Shown piece after piece: positions 45,746 through 58,005 of a DNA stretch of 64,000 nt. The DNA comes from an uncultured cyanobacterium. GTDB taxonomy: Bacteria; Cyanobacteriota; Cyanobacteriia; Cyanobacteriales; Cyanobacteriaceae. The translations under genes and the position numbers were made by a program. Location of the stretch: contig CAVQBA010000004.1 in NCBI GenBank assembly GCA_963710605.1, positions 992,001-1,056,000 of the forward strand. Direction: 5' to 3'. The first letter of the stretch is position 1. Every line of letters starts with the position of its first letter. Below the pieces are notes generated by a model that saw only the letters and a program-made list of their open reading frames with translations, did not search any database and was not told where the DNA came from.

Positions 45746-48397
45746 ATGCAACCGACTGATCCAAATAAGTTTACCGAAATTGCTTGGGATGCCATTGTGC
45801 GATCGCAGGATATTTGCCGTGATTTTAAACATAAAAATTTAGAAGTAGAACATTTAATCTTAGCGTTACTAGAAGAAAATACGATCGCTAGCAAAATATT
45901 CGAGCATAGTGGGTTAGAAGTAACTCGCTTAGGCAAACAAATCAAAATGTTTGTCAGCCGACAACCAAAAATGTTTGATATTGCTCAGTTGTATCTAGGG
46001 CGTAGCTTAGATTTATTGTTAGACAGAGCAGAAAAATGCCGTGAAAGTTGGGATGATGAATATATTGGCGTTTCTCATATGTTGGTTGCCTTCGCTGAAG
46101 ATCAAAGATTAGGCAAAAAAACCTTACGTAATTTTAACTTAGATCCTCAGGACTTCGAGTTGAAAATTAAAGAATACAAAACTAAAGTTGAGCAGATGGA
46201 AGCCGAATCCACTGAAACAGGGGAAGAAGCGAATCAAAATATTGATAGTCAAACACCAGACTCTGAGCCTTCTTTAAATAAGTTTGGACGGGATTTGACC
46301 GCCGAAGCGGCTGATGGGAAATTAGACCCCGTTATCGGTCGTGATGATGAGGTTAGACGGATTATTCAGGTATTGTCTAGACGCTCTAAAAATAATCCTG
46401 TTTTAATAGGTGAACCCGGTGTTGGTAAAACTGCGATCGCAGAAGGATTAGCTCAAAGAATTGTTAATGGTGATGTACCAGACTCACTTAAAAACCGTCA
46501 ACTAATCTCTCTAGATATGGGTAGCTTGATTGCAGGTGCAAAATATCGAGGACAATTTGAAGAAAGACTTAGAGGTGTTTTAAAAGAAGTAATTAATTCC
46601 GATGGACAAATTATTTTGTTTATTGATGAACTACATACTGTAGTTGGTGCAGGTGCAAGAGAAGGCGGAGCGATGGATGCAGGAAACTTACTCAAACCAT
46701 TATTGGCTAGAGGTGAATTGCGTTGTATTGGGGCAACAACCTTAGATGAGTATCGCAAACATATAGAAAAAGATCCAGCTTTAGAAAGACGTTTTCAGCA
46801 AGTATATGTCAAGCAACCTAGTGTAGAAGATACCATTTCTATCCTCAGGGGGTTAAAAGAAAGATATGAAATGCACCACGGCGTAAAGATAACCGATTCA
46901 GCTTTAATTGCGGCGGCGACACTTTCTCATCGTTATATAACAGGGCGTTTTTTACCTGATAAAGCGATCGATTTAGTCGATGAAGCGGCGGCTAAACTGA
47001 AGATGGAAATTACCTCTAAACCTGTTGAATTAGAAGTACTCGATTGACGTTTGATGCAATTGCAAATGGAGCAGTTATCTCTTTCAGGAGAAGAAAATAA
47101 CGGTAAAGCTAGTCAAGAAAATTTAGAAAGAATATCAACTGAAATTGAAGGATTAAAAGTCAAACAAGAAGAATTATCGACTCAATGGCTAAAAGAAAAA
47201 GAATTACTTGATGAAATCAACGACTTAAAAGAAGAAGAAAAAGCTTTAAAAGTACAAGTTGAGCAAGCAGAAAGAGATTACGACTTAAACACCGCCGCCG
47301 AGCTTAAATACGGTAAAGTAGAAACCTTACATACAGAGATAGAAACCAAAGAAGCAAAACTAAGTGAAGTGCAATCTCAAGAAAATGCTATGCTTCGAGA
47401 AGATGTTACCGAAGACGATATAGCTGAAATTATTGCCAGTACGACGGGTATTCCTCTTAATCGTCTATTAGAAAGCGAAAGACAAAAATTACTCGAATTA
47501 GAATCTCATCTTCATCAAAGAGTTATTGGGCAAACCGAAGCAGTATCGATCGTCTCAGCGGCTATCAGAAGAGCCAGAGCGGGGATGAAAGACCCTAGTC
47601 GCCCTATTGGCTCATTTTTATTCATGGGTCCTACAGGGGTCGGTAAAACAGAATTAGCTAGAGCTTTAGCCGCTTTCTTATTCGACTCAGAAGATGCGAT
47701 GGTGAGAATTGATATGTCTGAATATATGGAAAAACATTCAGTTTCTCGTCTAATCGGCGCGCCTCCGGGGTATGTAGGTTACGAAGAAGGTGGACAATTA
47801 TCTGAAGCTGTTCGTCGTCGTCCTTATTCGGTTATCTTACTTGATGAGGTGGAAAAAGCTCATCGTGATGTTTTTAATATTTTATTACAAGTTTTGGATG
47901 ATGGTAGAATTACAGACAGTCAAGGGCGAATGGTTGATTTTCGTAATACTGTAATTGTGATGACTTCTAATATTGGTAGTGAGTATATTTTACAATTAGC
48001 AGGAGATGATGGTAATTATGAACCAATGAAAGACAAAGCGTTGCTTGCTTTACGTAAACATTTCCGCCCTGAGTTTCTCAATCGTATTGATGACTTGATT
48101 ATCTTCCACGGTTTGAACAAAGAAGAATTACGCCATATTGTTTCAATTCAACTCAAACGACTAGAAAACTTACTTTCAGAGCAAAGTATCAGTATCGAAT
48201 TAACGCCCGAAGCACAAGACTATATCGTTGATGCAGGATACGATCCAACTTACGGTGCGAGACCGATAAAACGTGCTATACAACGTGAGTTAGAAAATCC
48301 TCTGGCGACAAAAATACTAGATAATAGCTTCAGCGATGGAGACAAAGTGCTTGTTAGTCTAGAGGAGGAAGAGTTGATTTTTGCCAAAGCCGAATAA
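45746..48397 (+). CDS. clpB: ClpB chaperone, interrupted by in-frame TGA at 47045-47047
   Basis: [33 protein letters not shown]; both ORFs are in the same frame; CGA (Arg) expected at the stop. Confidence 0.92.
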
Positions 48398-48409
48398 TCA
48401 ACAACTATG

Positions 48410-48433
48410 GTAGGGGTGCAAGCTTTGCACCCT
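48410..48433 (+). repeat. GTAG REP-like hairpin; near-identical copy at 53041-53064
   Basis: GTAGGGGTGCAAG(C/G)TTTGCACCCT. Confidence 0.75.
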
Positions 48434-48843
48434 GTAATCCGCCTTAAATTTTAATTTCTCGGTGGGAGTTTTATGCTCATATTTGAAGTGGAATTATCGA
48501 TCGTCTCCGTTTAAATTGAAGTAACAATCGATTAATTTTTAGTAAGCTTGTGTTTAGAGTAGGTTCTATTATTTAATATTTCTAAAGTTTGTTGATAAGT
48601 CTTAACTTTTTGTGAACCTGATATGATGAGCTCGTATTTATCCTCTTCCAAAAAGGAATCAGATTTTTCTTGGTGTAGAAAATTCTCTGGTGACTCTTTG
48701 ACAAAATTGTTGGGCTGATGATTGAGTAAATTAATACCTTTAAAAGAACGATTTTCGCTATGGTGGTAATGCCAACAAACTAGCTCGCTTTTACTCTGAA
48801 CGAAGCATTGTGCGATCGGGGAGTAGATATTAACTTGAGAAAT

Positions 48844-49800
48844 TTAATCAGTATCTTTGACTCGAACAGAATTGGTAATTGCTTGTATTGACGGCATTAA
48901 TTTTTCTACTTCTTCAGCTTCTCCAGCAACAATTAATCTTACGTAAGAGGATGTATTTGCTGAAATCTTTAAATATTGCAATACAACTCCATCAGTTACT
49001 ATAGCTTCAATTAAATAACCATTTCCACCAGCGAAATTAATCGGTTTTCGATCGCTGATTATTGCATTAGTAAATCCTTCAGTATTTAGTAAAAGTCGCT
49101 CTGCAAAGGTGGCTAAGTCTGTGGTGTTTACTACCGAACCGATCGAACTCGCAATGACGATTACCGGTTTTTTTCCAGAGGAATCTGATTCGCCATTAGG
49201 AGTTAAGGCAACACCCGAACCAGAAATAGTTTGAAGTACTTGAAAAGGAGGAGCAACTTTGAATGTAAAGGGTAGCTGACTGATTTGTTCTTCTACAGAA
49301 GGAGTTGCCGAAATCTCGATCGATTCAATTGCTTTGATGACAGCTTCTTCGCCGAGACGATCGTCTGTAACATTAAATGTTAGCAAAATCGTTTTATCTC
49401 CACGTAGCAAAGCGATATACTTATCAACACTTACGTCATTAACGTTTTGAACTCCTGTGACAAAAGGAACTTGCATATTACCTACTATTACAGTCGATAC
49501 TTCTTTAACTAAAATCCCTTGACTAGCAAAGGCTTCGATCGCTGTCTGGGTGGAAGAAAATATGGTAGCAATTTCTGAATAACCTTCAAGAGGAAGTTCG
49601 GTGATGACGATACTTGAAAAATTATCCAGATTAACAAATCCTGAAAACTGTTCGGAGAGGCTAAAACCTACTGGCGGTTCTAATGATATACTCGTTCCTG
49701 GCACTGGAACTAATTGTGCGTTTGCGAAGGAGGAGAATGAAGCTACAGCAAATGCCGAACTAGTAGCGAGTAAGAATCTCTTAAGCCAATTTGTTTTCAT
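48844..49800 (-). CDS. Exported hypothetical protein with two similar halves
   Basis: Signal peptide ending ANA; 318-aa open frame. Confidence 0.7.
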   Translation of the reverse strand: MKTNWLKRFLLATSSAFAVASFSSFANAQLVPVPGTSISLEPPVGFSLSEQFSGFVNLDNFSSIVITELPLEGYSEIATIFSSTQTAIEAFASQGILVKEVSTVIVGNMQVPFVTGVQNVNDVSVDKYIALLRGDKTILLTFNVTDDRLGEEAVIKAIESIEISATPSVEEQISQLPFTFKVAPPFQVLQTISGSGVALTPNGESDSSGKKPVIVIASSIGSVVNTTDLATFAERLLLNTEGFTNAIISDRKPINFAGGNGYLIEAIVTDGVVLQYLKISANTSSYVRLIVAGEAEEVEKLMPSIQAITNSVRVKDTD

Positions 49801-50137
49801 TTATCAATCTACCTACTAGAGACTCGGATAAATCATATCATTTTAGACCAAGTTCGTTTAATTAATTATAATAAAATCTTTACGATCGTATATTAAATGA
49901 AAAAAGTTATCGTAACTTTATTTTAATTCTTCATAATTGAATGACTAAAGTCATTACTACAAGCCCTATTTATAAGCAATCGACCGAACTTGATATTAGA
50001 CTAAATTTCTTTAATCTTTAATCTGTTTATCTTTATAATAAGTTCTGCTTCGACGATTTTCGTATCTTTGTTGGTGAGTTAAATCATCATTAACAACGAT
50101 CGTTATCACATCATCAACAGTTTCCTCTATCCATTCA

Positions 50138-50728
50138 TCATTGTCCTGAACTTCTTGGCATTCCGTATTTAGTTGAGATTCTGTTACAGTATTTTTTTGC
50201 TGATGTTTGAGAAAATTTGAAAGCATATCCTTCTTCTCCAGGGGCAATAGTTGTCCATCCCATTTCTTCCATCTTAACTTTATCTCGATAATAATCAATA
50301 GCGTCTTCGATCGCATCAAGTTCAAGAATCGATCCAAAAGAATTACCTTCACAATAGTAAAGAGCTATTTTCGTTGCATACCAAATTAGCCAAAAACCAA
50401 CAGGTGTTATATCTCTGTCTTGTATTCGGCAAGATTCTATATGCAATATCTCGACATATTCAGCCAGATTATTTGTTGGTGGATATGGATAAAGAGCAAA
50501 ATGAATCAAACCTAGAATTTGACCTTTCCAACTCAATTTAATTATACATTCACAATCCCAGTCAGCTTTTTGCCAAAACCTTTGCCAGTTACAAACCCAA
50601 TTATCTCGATTTAAAGATAGAATATCGATTTCTTTACAAGGAGTCAAACAAGCAACGGTTTGTTTCTCACTATTTTTGTTTCTAACATTAACGTGGTATT
50701 GAGGAAGTTGTTCTGGTTTATTCATCAC
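50138..50728 (-). CDS. Hypothetical protein, possibly GNAT-like
   Basis: Pattern ILGLIHF..YVEILHIE..PVGFWLI..LDAIEDAIDYYRDK resembles GNAT-fold proteins; weak. Confidence 0.5.
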   Translation of the reverse strand: MMNKPEQLPQYHVNVRNKNSEKQTVACLTPCKEIDILSLNRDNWVCNWQRFWQKADWDCECIIKLSWKGQILGLIHFALYPYPPTNNLAEYVEILHIESCRIQDRDITPVGFWLIWYATKIALYYCEGNSFGSILELDAIEDAIDYYRDKVKMEEMGWTTIAPGEEGYAFKFSQTSAKKYCNRISTKYGMPRSSGQ

Positions 50729-50783
50729 ATATTATTTATATAATTATTTGAATTAAGTTGAGCGTAATTAAAGAATTTTTTTA

Positions 50784-53027
50784 TTACTTACTAACTAAAG
50801 GTTCGAGTATTTCTCTCTCTTCTCTAGCCAATTTCAATAAGACTCTTCTGTCTCCTTTTGTTTCTTTATATTCCACTGCTGTTTTTAATAAACGTAAAGC
50901 AATTGATAATTCTGGTTTATCTCCTACTATAGATTGCCATGTTTCTAACCAAGTACGAGCTAATTTATCGCTTACCATTTCTGACATCAAGTTAGGAATA
51001 TTATCGACAATTCCTTTACTTAAAGCAGAAATCACTAGGTGTTCATCATAAATTTTGACCAGAGTTTTAAGGCGAGATTTCCAAAGATTAATATCTGTGG
51101 TGCTATTCCAGATAATTTTGATATATTCAGTCGTATCTCCTGTATGGGATTCTTCTTCATGGGCAAAGCGATTTAGGGCATCATCTAATTCTTGAAATCC
51201 TTCTTGCCAATTGTTTAATTGAAATATTGCTTTAATACGGTCGAACCAAACGTAATAATTATCTGGTTGGATTGTGATGACTTGCTCGTAAGAAGTAATT
51301 ACTTCTTGATATCTTTTTAATTCATATAATGTAAGACCAAGATTATACCAAGCATAATAATTACTCGGATTAATTTCTATGGCTGTTTGATAATAAACAA
51401 TTGCTTCGTCATATCTTCTCAATTGATACAATAGAAATCCACAGTTATTAAACACATCATAATTATTTGAGTTGATTTGGATGGCTTTTTGATAAGAGGT
51501 AAATGCTTCGTCATATCTTTTTAAATCAAATAAGCTACAACCACGGTTATTCCAAGATTCAAAGTCATCTGGTTTAATTTTGATTACTTGTTCGTAACAA
51601 GTGATAGCTTCTTCATGTTTTTCTTGTCTATCCAATGCAACACCAAAGTTATACCAAATATTAGGATTACGATCGTCATTTTTAATTGCTTCGTAAAATA
51701 ACTCTGAAGCCTCTTCCCAATTTTCTCCTTTAGCTTGTTGAACAGCCGAAAATATTAAATTATCACTATTTTCTTTAATAGTTAAAACACGATCGATATA
51801 TTCTCTCTCTAAACAATATTCTGGCAATAACTTTAATTTTGCTTTCAACTCTTCTTCTGTGTACCAGCTCCTCAAAAAATCAATCAACAATTTAATTGGT
51901 TCACCTCGTTGCTTTTTCATTTCTAAACATATACGCATTAAAGGCTCTTGTAATTCATAAAAAGATTCTCTACCTAGTGATTCTTTTGTTACGTAACCTT
52001 TAGTTAATAAATCTTTTAACTGACTAGATGCCGTTTGATGGGTAATAAAACAACGCCTAGCAATCTCTTTAACTGATAAACGACCACCTTTATCGCAAAG
52101 CAATTCAATAATTTTTCTTTGTTGCGATGATAACCATTGCATCTTCGCTTGATAATAAGGGGTTAACTCATCTAAAGTTTGCATTACAGATTTAACTAAC
52201 TCGTCTAAAGAATTACGAGTCAAAAATTGGGAAAAAATAATATAAACTCGATGATTACCATTGGTTAAATTATGAATTGCTTGGATACGATCTTTTCCTG
52301 TAGTCGATTTAATAAAAGATTCTAATTCTCTGTCTTCTTGTACTTGAGCTATTTTACTTAATAAATTAGTAGCTTCTTCGATCGTTAATTTATCTAAATA
52401 TTGCGGAGCAAAAAAACCATAAAAAGGAGAATCTTTTTTACTAACTCCTGTAAACAAACTTTGACTGGTTGCAATAATAGTAATAAGGTTGTGATTTTGT
52501 AAATAAGCCCGAAATTGTTTTTGTCCGATATTACCTAAACCATTAAAAATTTCATCGAGGTTTTCGGTTAGTAATAGTAAAGTTCGATCGCTAATAAACT
52601 CTTTAAGTATTTTTTCGGCTTGACTAGTAGCATCTTCTGAAGATAGTTGATATAAAGATTCAACTTCAGTTTGTAACGTCTTTTGGTAATCTTGTGGATA
52701 TTCAATCTCTAAAGCCTTAAATATCCTCAGTAGTAAATCTAACCACGAACTAACTCCCCATTCTTCTTCTTTGAGCCAAGCAATTAATAACTTATCTTGT
52801 AAATCTGTTTGACTTTTAAGGCGGTGATAAGTTAGAGCAATGGTATGAGTTTTGCCAATACCTCTCATGCCAATCAATAAACGAAAATGTTTATTAGCGG
52901 TTTCGGCACTTTCACGAACTGATTCGATTAAATCTGCTACTAATTTATGTCTTTGCACAAATATAGCTTCTAAAGTAGCTGAAGACATCAAGCTGGGGGT
53001 AAAACTGGAAAGAAAGTTGTTATTCAT
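50784..53027 (-). CDS. P-loop ATPase + winged HTH + TPR-repeat protein
   Basis: GMRGIGKT, LLLTENLD, SVKEIARRCFITHQTASSQLKDL, about 5 TPR motifs (WYNLGLTL). Confidence 0.85.
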   Translation of the reverse strand: MNNNFLSSFTPSLMSSATLEAIFVQRHKLVADLIESVRESAETANKHFRLLIGMRGIGKTHTIALTYHRLKSQTDLQDKLLIAWLKEEEWGVSSWLDLLLRIFKALEIEYPQDYQKTLQTEVESLYQLSSEDATSQAEKILKEFISDRTLLLLTENLDEIFNGLGNIGQKQFRAYLQNHNLITIIATSQSLFTGVSKKDSPFYGFFAPQYLDKLTIEEATNLLSKIAQVQEDRELESFIKSTTGKDRIQAIHNLTNGNHRVYIIFSQFLTRNSLDELVKSVMQTLDELTPYYQAKMQWLSSQQRKIIELLCDKGGRLSVKEIARRCFITHQTASSQLKDLLTKGYVTKESLGRESFYELQEPLMRICLEMKKQRGEPIKLLIDFLRSWYTEEELKAKLKLLPEYCLEREYIDRVLTIKENSDNLIFSAVQQAKGENWEEASELFYEAIKNDDRNPNIWYNFGVALDRQEKHEEAITCYEQVIKIKPDDFESWNNRGCSLFDLKRYDEAFTSYQKAIQINSNNYDVFNNCGFLLYQLRRYDEAIVYYQTAIEINPSNYYAWYNLGLTLYELKRYQEVITSYEQVITIQPDNYYVWFDRIKAIFQLNNWQEGFQELDDALNRFAHEEESHTGDTTEYIKIIWNSTTDINLWKSRLKTLVKIYDEHLVISALSKGIVDNIPNLMSEMVSDKLARTWLETWQSIVGDKPELSIALRLLKTAVEYKETKGDRRVLLKLAREEREILEPLVSK

Positions 53028-53110
53028 AGTAATAAATTCTGTAGGGGTGCAAGGTTTGCACCCTTAATATGACAAGATAGAAAATTTTGGTTGATGAGGT
53101 TATTTATGGT

Positions 53111-53202
53111 TTTGGGTTGAATGATATTTGGGTTGAATGATATTTGGGTTGAATGATATTTGGGTTGAATGATATTTGGGTTGAATGATATTCAACCCCT
53201 AC
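53111..53202. repeat. 16-bp tandem repeat (TTTGGGTTGAATGATA)x5 ending in an inverted GTAG REP hairpin
   Basis: Minus strand GTAGGGGTTGAATATCATTCAACCC, followed by further copies of its arm. Confidence 0.85.
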
Positions 53203-53220
53203 GAAAGAATCTTGTATTGG

Positions 53221-54363
53221 TTATAATCCTCTCGATAACTCCCAATATTTTTGAACTATTTGATAACGAAATCCGTAAGTTTTACCCTGCCCAATTAGAT
53301 AATAATCTTTGAGTAATAATCTTAAAATGTCTCGTGTTGTTTCCTTGTCTGCCGTCTCGTTATCTAAAGCTAATCTGTTGTACAAATCCTGAAAAGATAA
53401 AGCTGTTTCGATCGCTAAAATATCTAAAATATTGAGGGCGTATGTTCGTTTTTCTGATTCGTAGTAATTATCAATTCTGTCACGATAATGATCCATTTTC
53501 CAAGGGTTGAGAGGATTAAGCAACGAATTATTAACTGCTTGTGTGACAGTATCACAATTTATTTCACCATCCATAAATTTAAGCTCACTTATTAAATGAT
53601 GAATATAAAAGGGAATACGATCGACTGATTTAGCAATTTCTTGAGCTATGATTTGAGTATCATTACTTTGAATCTTTTCTCCTTCAATCAAACTAGTTGC
53701 TAAGTTGATTGCATCTGTTGAAGATAAAGGTGGTACATCGATCGGATACATATCGTTAGTTGGCTCGTTACTATAGCCTTTTTGCTGTAATTGTTTCACC
53801 ACATGATGCAAACCAATAGAGCCTGTAAATACCATCCTGATATTAGGATAAGTTTGACGAAGCGATCGTAATGTATCTAAAACTTCCATTGCCAATTCAT
53901 CGCCAATATTATTAAGCATATAGGGCATCTCATCCCAAAGAAAAATTACCTGACGCTCTTGATTTGTAACTAAATCTTCGATCGTTTTGGTTAATAATGT
54001 TTTCCAATGAGTAGCGGCAATTTTAGGAAACTTAAAACCACTAAATTCAATCCCTTCTAAATTGCTCACAAAATCTCTAACCCGTCTGGCTTTACCTTTT
54101 TTACTAAGATACTTTTCTACATCTAGCCAAATTAATTCTACAAACTCAATAGGCGATCGTACACCTTCCAAATCTCGATAAACTGTTAATTTACTCTCCT
54201 CTACTTCTGCTTGCATCTTCTTAATGACGGTGGTTTTACCCATACGTCTTTCGGCACTTAGGATTATGCTTTGCTGTTCCAATTTTTGCCAGATTTGAGC
54301 AATTAACTTGTCTCTCCCAATTACGTTTTGAGGTGCAACAATTCCCCCTGGATTAGCTTTCAT
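53221..54363 (-). CDS. AAA/STAND-like ATPase
   Basis: VIGRD, AERRMGKTT, FLWDE, VFTGSIGL. Confidence 0.82.
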   Translation of the reverse strand: MKANPGGIVAPQNVIGRDKLIAQIWQKLEQQSIILSAERRMGKTTVIKKMQAEVEESKLTVYRDLEGVRSPIEFVELIWLDVEKYLSKKGKARRVRDFVSNLEGIEFSGFKFPKIAATHWKTLLTKTIEDLVTNQERQVIFLWDEMPYMLNNIGDELAMEVLDTLRSLRQTYPNIRMVFTGSIGLHHVVKQLQQKGYSNEPTNDMYPIDVPPLSSTDAINLATSLIEGEKIQSNDTQIIAQEIAKSVDRIPFYIHHLISELKFMDGEINCDTVTQAVNNSLLNPLNPWKMDHYRDRIDNYYESEKRTYALNILDILAIETALSFQDLYNRLALDNETADKETTRDILRLLLKDYYLIGQGKTYGFRYQIVQKYWELSRGL

Positions 54364-55452
54364 TTTTTTGTACGATCAAATTAATATACGTTATTTTTAT
54401 TGTACGTTATTTTAAACGTATTAATAAAATTTTGAGTAAAATGAACCGATTGACGATCTATTTAAAAGTCTCTTTTTGATAAGGGGAGAAACACGAGGGG
54501 TTGTATTTAGGAGAAAAAACGATCGTATTTGAGCTACTTACATCAACCAAAACTCATCTTCTAATTTGAGTTATAATCAATTTTGGTTGCTAATCAAAAT
54601 ATAAAGAATGAATAAAACTGATTGCTTAGGTTTGTTTATCGGTACTTTAGGTTTAAGTTTGACGACACAAATCGCTATTTTATTCTGGTATTACCCATAT
54701 TCTAATTGATGTATCAATGCTGTAACTAGCGATAAATTCTCGATCGTTTTTTCGTGCTTAGATACATTTATTTTTGTTTAATTACTACACATATTGCACC
54801 TAAAACAAAATTTTTGTAGCGTCAGTTGAGTCTTTGAGAGATTAATCTCTAACTAATAAATGACAAAAGTCTAACCAAGCAAGCATCAAAGTTTTACCAT
54901 AAAAAAGTTGAAAGACTATATTTGCGACAGTACTTTCAACTAATAAATAAAAATAGCAAGGAAAATTTAATTGTTAACTAATAACTTGTGGAGATAAATT
55001 AGTTCGATCAAAATTAGTTGGCTCATTGTTAATGTAGCTAAAGACTACAGCTAAATTTAGAGTACGATTATTTGAAATATTTTGAGTAGCAATTTTATTG
55101 ATTACACTTGAGTCTGTTTTGTTAGTTATTTTCATACTCTCTAATAATCATAGAATAAAACAAATGCTATCTTTTTTAAAATAGATAAATATCTATGCTC
55201 AATTTATAACATATTAATCTCAATCAAAGCAATATTTTATTATTCAGGATTACTAATTGTCTTAACAAGCTGAGGTTATCTATTATCATCATGAATATTT
55301 TTGGTAAAGTACAATCGATTGGGAAATCATGATTAATTTAGTCTCATTCAGATATAGCCAAACAATGAACTAAGTATTTTCATTGAAGATAAAAGATATA
55401 ATATAGTATAGGTCGGCAGTTATCGCCAAAAATCATCAATCATCCCTTAATA

Positions 55453-56593
55453 ATGTATTTGGAGCAAATCAAATTAAGTTATTTTCGTAACTACATAGAA
55501 GAAACAATTAACTTTGATAGCAATAAAATAATTATCTTAGGCGAAAATGCTCAAGGAAAATCTAATTTATTAGAAGCAATTCAATTATTATCCACTCTTA
55601 AAAGCTACCGCACCAGTAAAGACCAAGATTTAGTTTATCAAGATAGGTTATACGCCAAGATAAACGCTGAAGTGAAAAAAAAATATTCTAATTACAATTT
55701 AGGAATTAAAATTCCTCACAAAGGAAGAAAACAACTTGATGTCAATCAAGAAAAAAAATCACGTCAAATAGATTTTTTAGGAATAGTTAATACGGTATCA
55801 TTTTCTAGTATAGATTTAGATTTAGTCAGAGGAACTCCCGAATATAGAAGAAATTGGGTTGATAATTTGTTAATTCAATTAGAACCTGTTTATGCTTATA
55901 TTCTTAAACAATATCAACAAATATTGAAACAAAGAAATGCACTTTTAAAACAGCTTAAAAAACAACAAGTTGACAAATACGATCGTACTTTATCTGATGT
56001 GGCTAAAATACAACTAACAATTTGGGATGAAAAACTGGTAGAAACAGCCTGTAGAGTAACTAGAAGAAGAAATAGAGTTTTACAAAAACTAGAACCTTTA
56101 GCTAAATTTTGGCATCAGCAAATCAGTAATAATCAAGAACAATTAGGATTAATTTATCTTCCTAATGTTGAGTATCATCAAGATGATTTGGCAAAAATTA
56201 AAATGCAAATAGCGATCGCAATAGAAGAAAAACGCTCAGCAGAATTAGCTTTAGGAACAACATTGGTAGGCACCTCATCGTGATGATGTACAATTTATTG
56301 TTGATCACATTCCTGCTAAAAATTATGGCTCGCAAGGGCAACAACGAACCTTGGTTTTATCTTTGAAATTAGCTGAACTACAATTGATTGAAGAAATAAT
56401 TGGTGAACCACCTTTATTGCTACTAGATGATGTGATGGCAGAATTAGACTTAAAAAGACAACAGCAACTGCTTGATTCAATTGGTAATCGTTTTCAAACT
56501 GTAATTACAACTACTCATCTGAATTATTTTGAAGAACAATTGTTAAAGCAATCACAAATCTTTCAGGTTAAAAAAGGCAAGATTAGTCTTTAA
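55453..56593 (+). CDS. recF: DNA repair protein RecF, frameshift near 56272
   Basis: [23 protein letters not shown] broken by one extra base; [18 protein letters not shown]. Confidence 0.93.
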
Positions 56594-56913
56594 TAAATTA
56601 TAATGTATTTGTTTTTTATTAAGTAAGACTAACAATACAACTAAACAGTGTTTATCTTAATTATTATCGATGTTTAATAATCAAAGATAATAACTTTAAC
56701 TATAAATTTTCACGAGAATACTTTTTGAGTTAAGATTATTAAGAATGATTACAACAATGATAGTTAGATATGCTAGATAATCTTTAAATTGGTTCTAGAT
56801 TAAAATAATGATTTTAATTAAATTAAGATACAAGATCAACGTAAAAATCGAACTTAGATTGTAGTTTTGTCTAGTATGATGTTTTGTTTGTGATAGTCAA
56901 CCATCTAAATCCT

Positions 56914-57873
56914 ATGACCGATTATAATCCGCAGAATTTTTTTATCTTTGCGGTAGATGACAACTCTGTAAATCGTATTTTATTAAAAAAAATATTAAAC
57001 AAAAAAGGTTATCGAACTGAAATCTTAGCTGATAGCCTAGACGTAATACCTTGGTTAGAAAAAAATGACAATGATCAACCAGATTTAATTCTTTTAGATT
57101 TGATGATGCCGAAAATGAATGGCTTGGAATTGTGTCAAAAAGTGAAGGAAAATCCTTGTTTAGAAGAAATACCAATTATTTTTATTACTGCGAGTAGCGA
57201 AAAAGAAGATATTTTGAAAGCTTTTGATTTAGGTGCTGTAGATTATATTCTTAAACCTTTTCATAATCAAGAATTACTAGCGCGTGTCAAAATTCATTTA
57301 GACTTAAAATTTACTAGAGATGAATTAAATAAAACGTTAAAAAAGCTTGAAACGCTAGCCATTACCGATGATTTGACTAGTATTTACAACCGTCGTCATT
57401 TTACTGAGTTAGCACAAAGAGAATTTGGTTTAGCACAAAGACAAAAAAGAGCTTTTTCATTATTGATTTTAGATATTGACTTTTTTAAAAATATTAATGA
57501 TTCTTATGGGCATTTAAGTGGTGATTGTGTTATAAAATCGATCGCTCAAGAATGTGTTAATTCTTTGCGTCAAGAAGATTTGTGTGCTAGATGGGGCGGA
57601 GAAGAATTTATTATTTTTTTGTCGGCAACTTCTTTAAATGAGGCAATAGTCGTCGCTAATCGTTTGCGTGAGCAAATAGAAAACAAAACTTTTGTCTTCG
57701 ATCAGAATTCTCATCAGCAAGTTACGGTAAGTATTGGTGTTTCTACTTATCATTTTGATGATCAAGAATTGAATCAAATTATTTCTCGAGCTGATTTAGC
57801 TTTATATCACGGTAAACAGACAGGTAAAAATAAGGTTATCTCCGAAAATTTTGTAATTACTTCTGGAGAATAA
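56914..57873 (+). CDS. Response regulator receiver-GGDEF diguanylate cyclase
   Basis: AVDD, LLDLMMP, KPF; RWGGEEF; ATG at 56914 (ORF track 56884). Confidence 0.9.
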   Translation: MTDYNPQNFFIFAVDDNSVNRILLKKILNKKGYRTEILADSLDVIPWLEKNDNDQPDLILLDLMMPKMNGLELCQKVKENPCLEEIPIIFITASSEKEDILKAFDLGAVDYILKPFHNQELLARVKIHLDLKFTRDELNKTLKKLETLAITDDLTSIYNRRHFTELAQREFGLAQRQKRAFSLLILDIDFFKNINDSYGHLSGDCVIKSIAQECVNSLRQEDLCARWGGEEFIIFLSATSLNEAIVVANRLREQIENKTFVFDQNSHQQVTVSIGVSTYHFDDQELNQIISRADLALYHGKQTGKNKVISENFVITSGE

Positions 57874-58005
57874 AAACTTTTTTCTTCATAATGATCAGTT
57901 TTTTTTATTTTTGTTAGTAACTATATAAGCGTTTTCTCGGCACTCGATCGTAATTTATCAATAATTACATCCGATTAGATTTTATTTCTTATTTGTCAGC
58001 AAGAT

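Noticed and set aside
48450-48830. Start-less open stretch on the minus strand
   Set aside because: Possibly a gene remnant, but no start codon or recognisable family.
53111-53190. Possible second CRISPR array
   Set aside because: 16-bp units are directly abutting with no spacers; it is a REP-derived tandem repeat.
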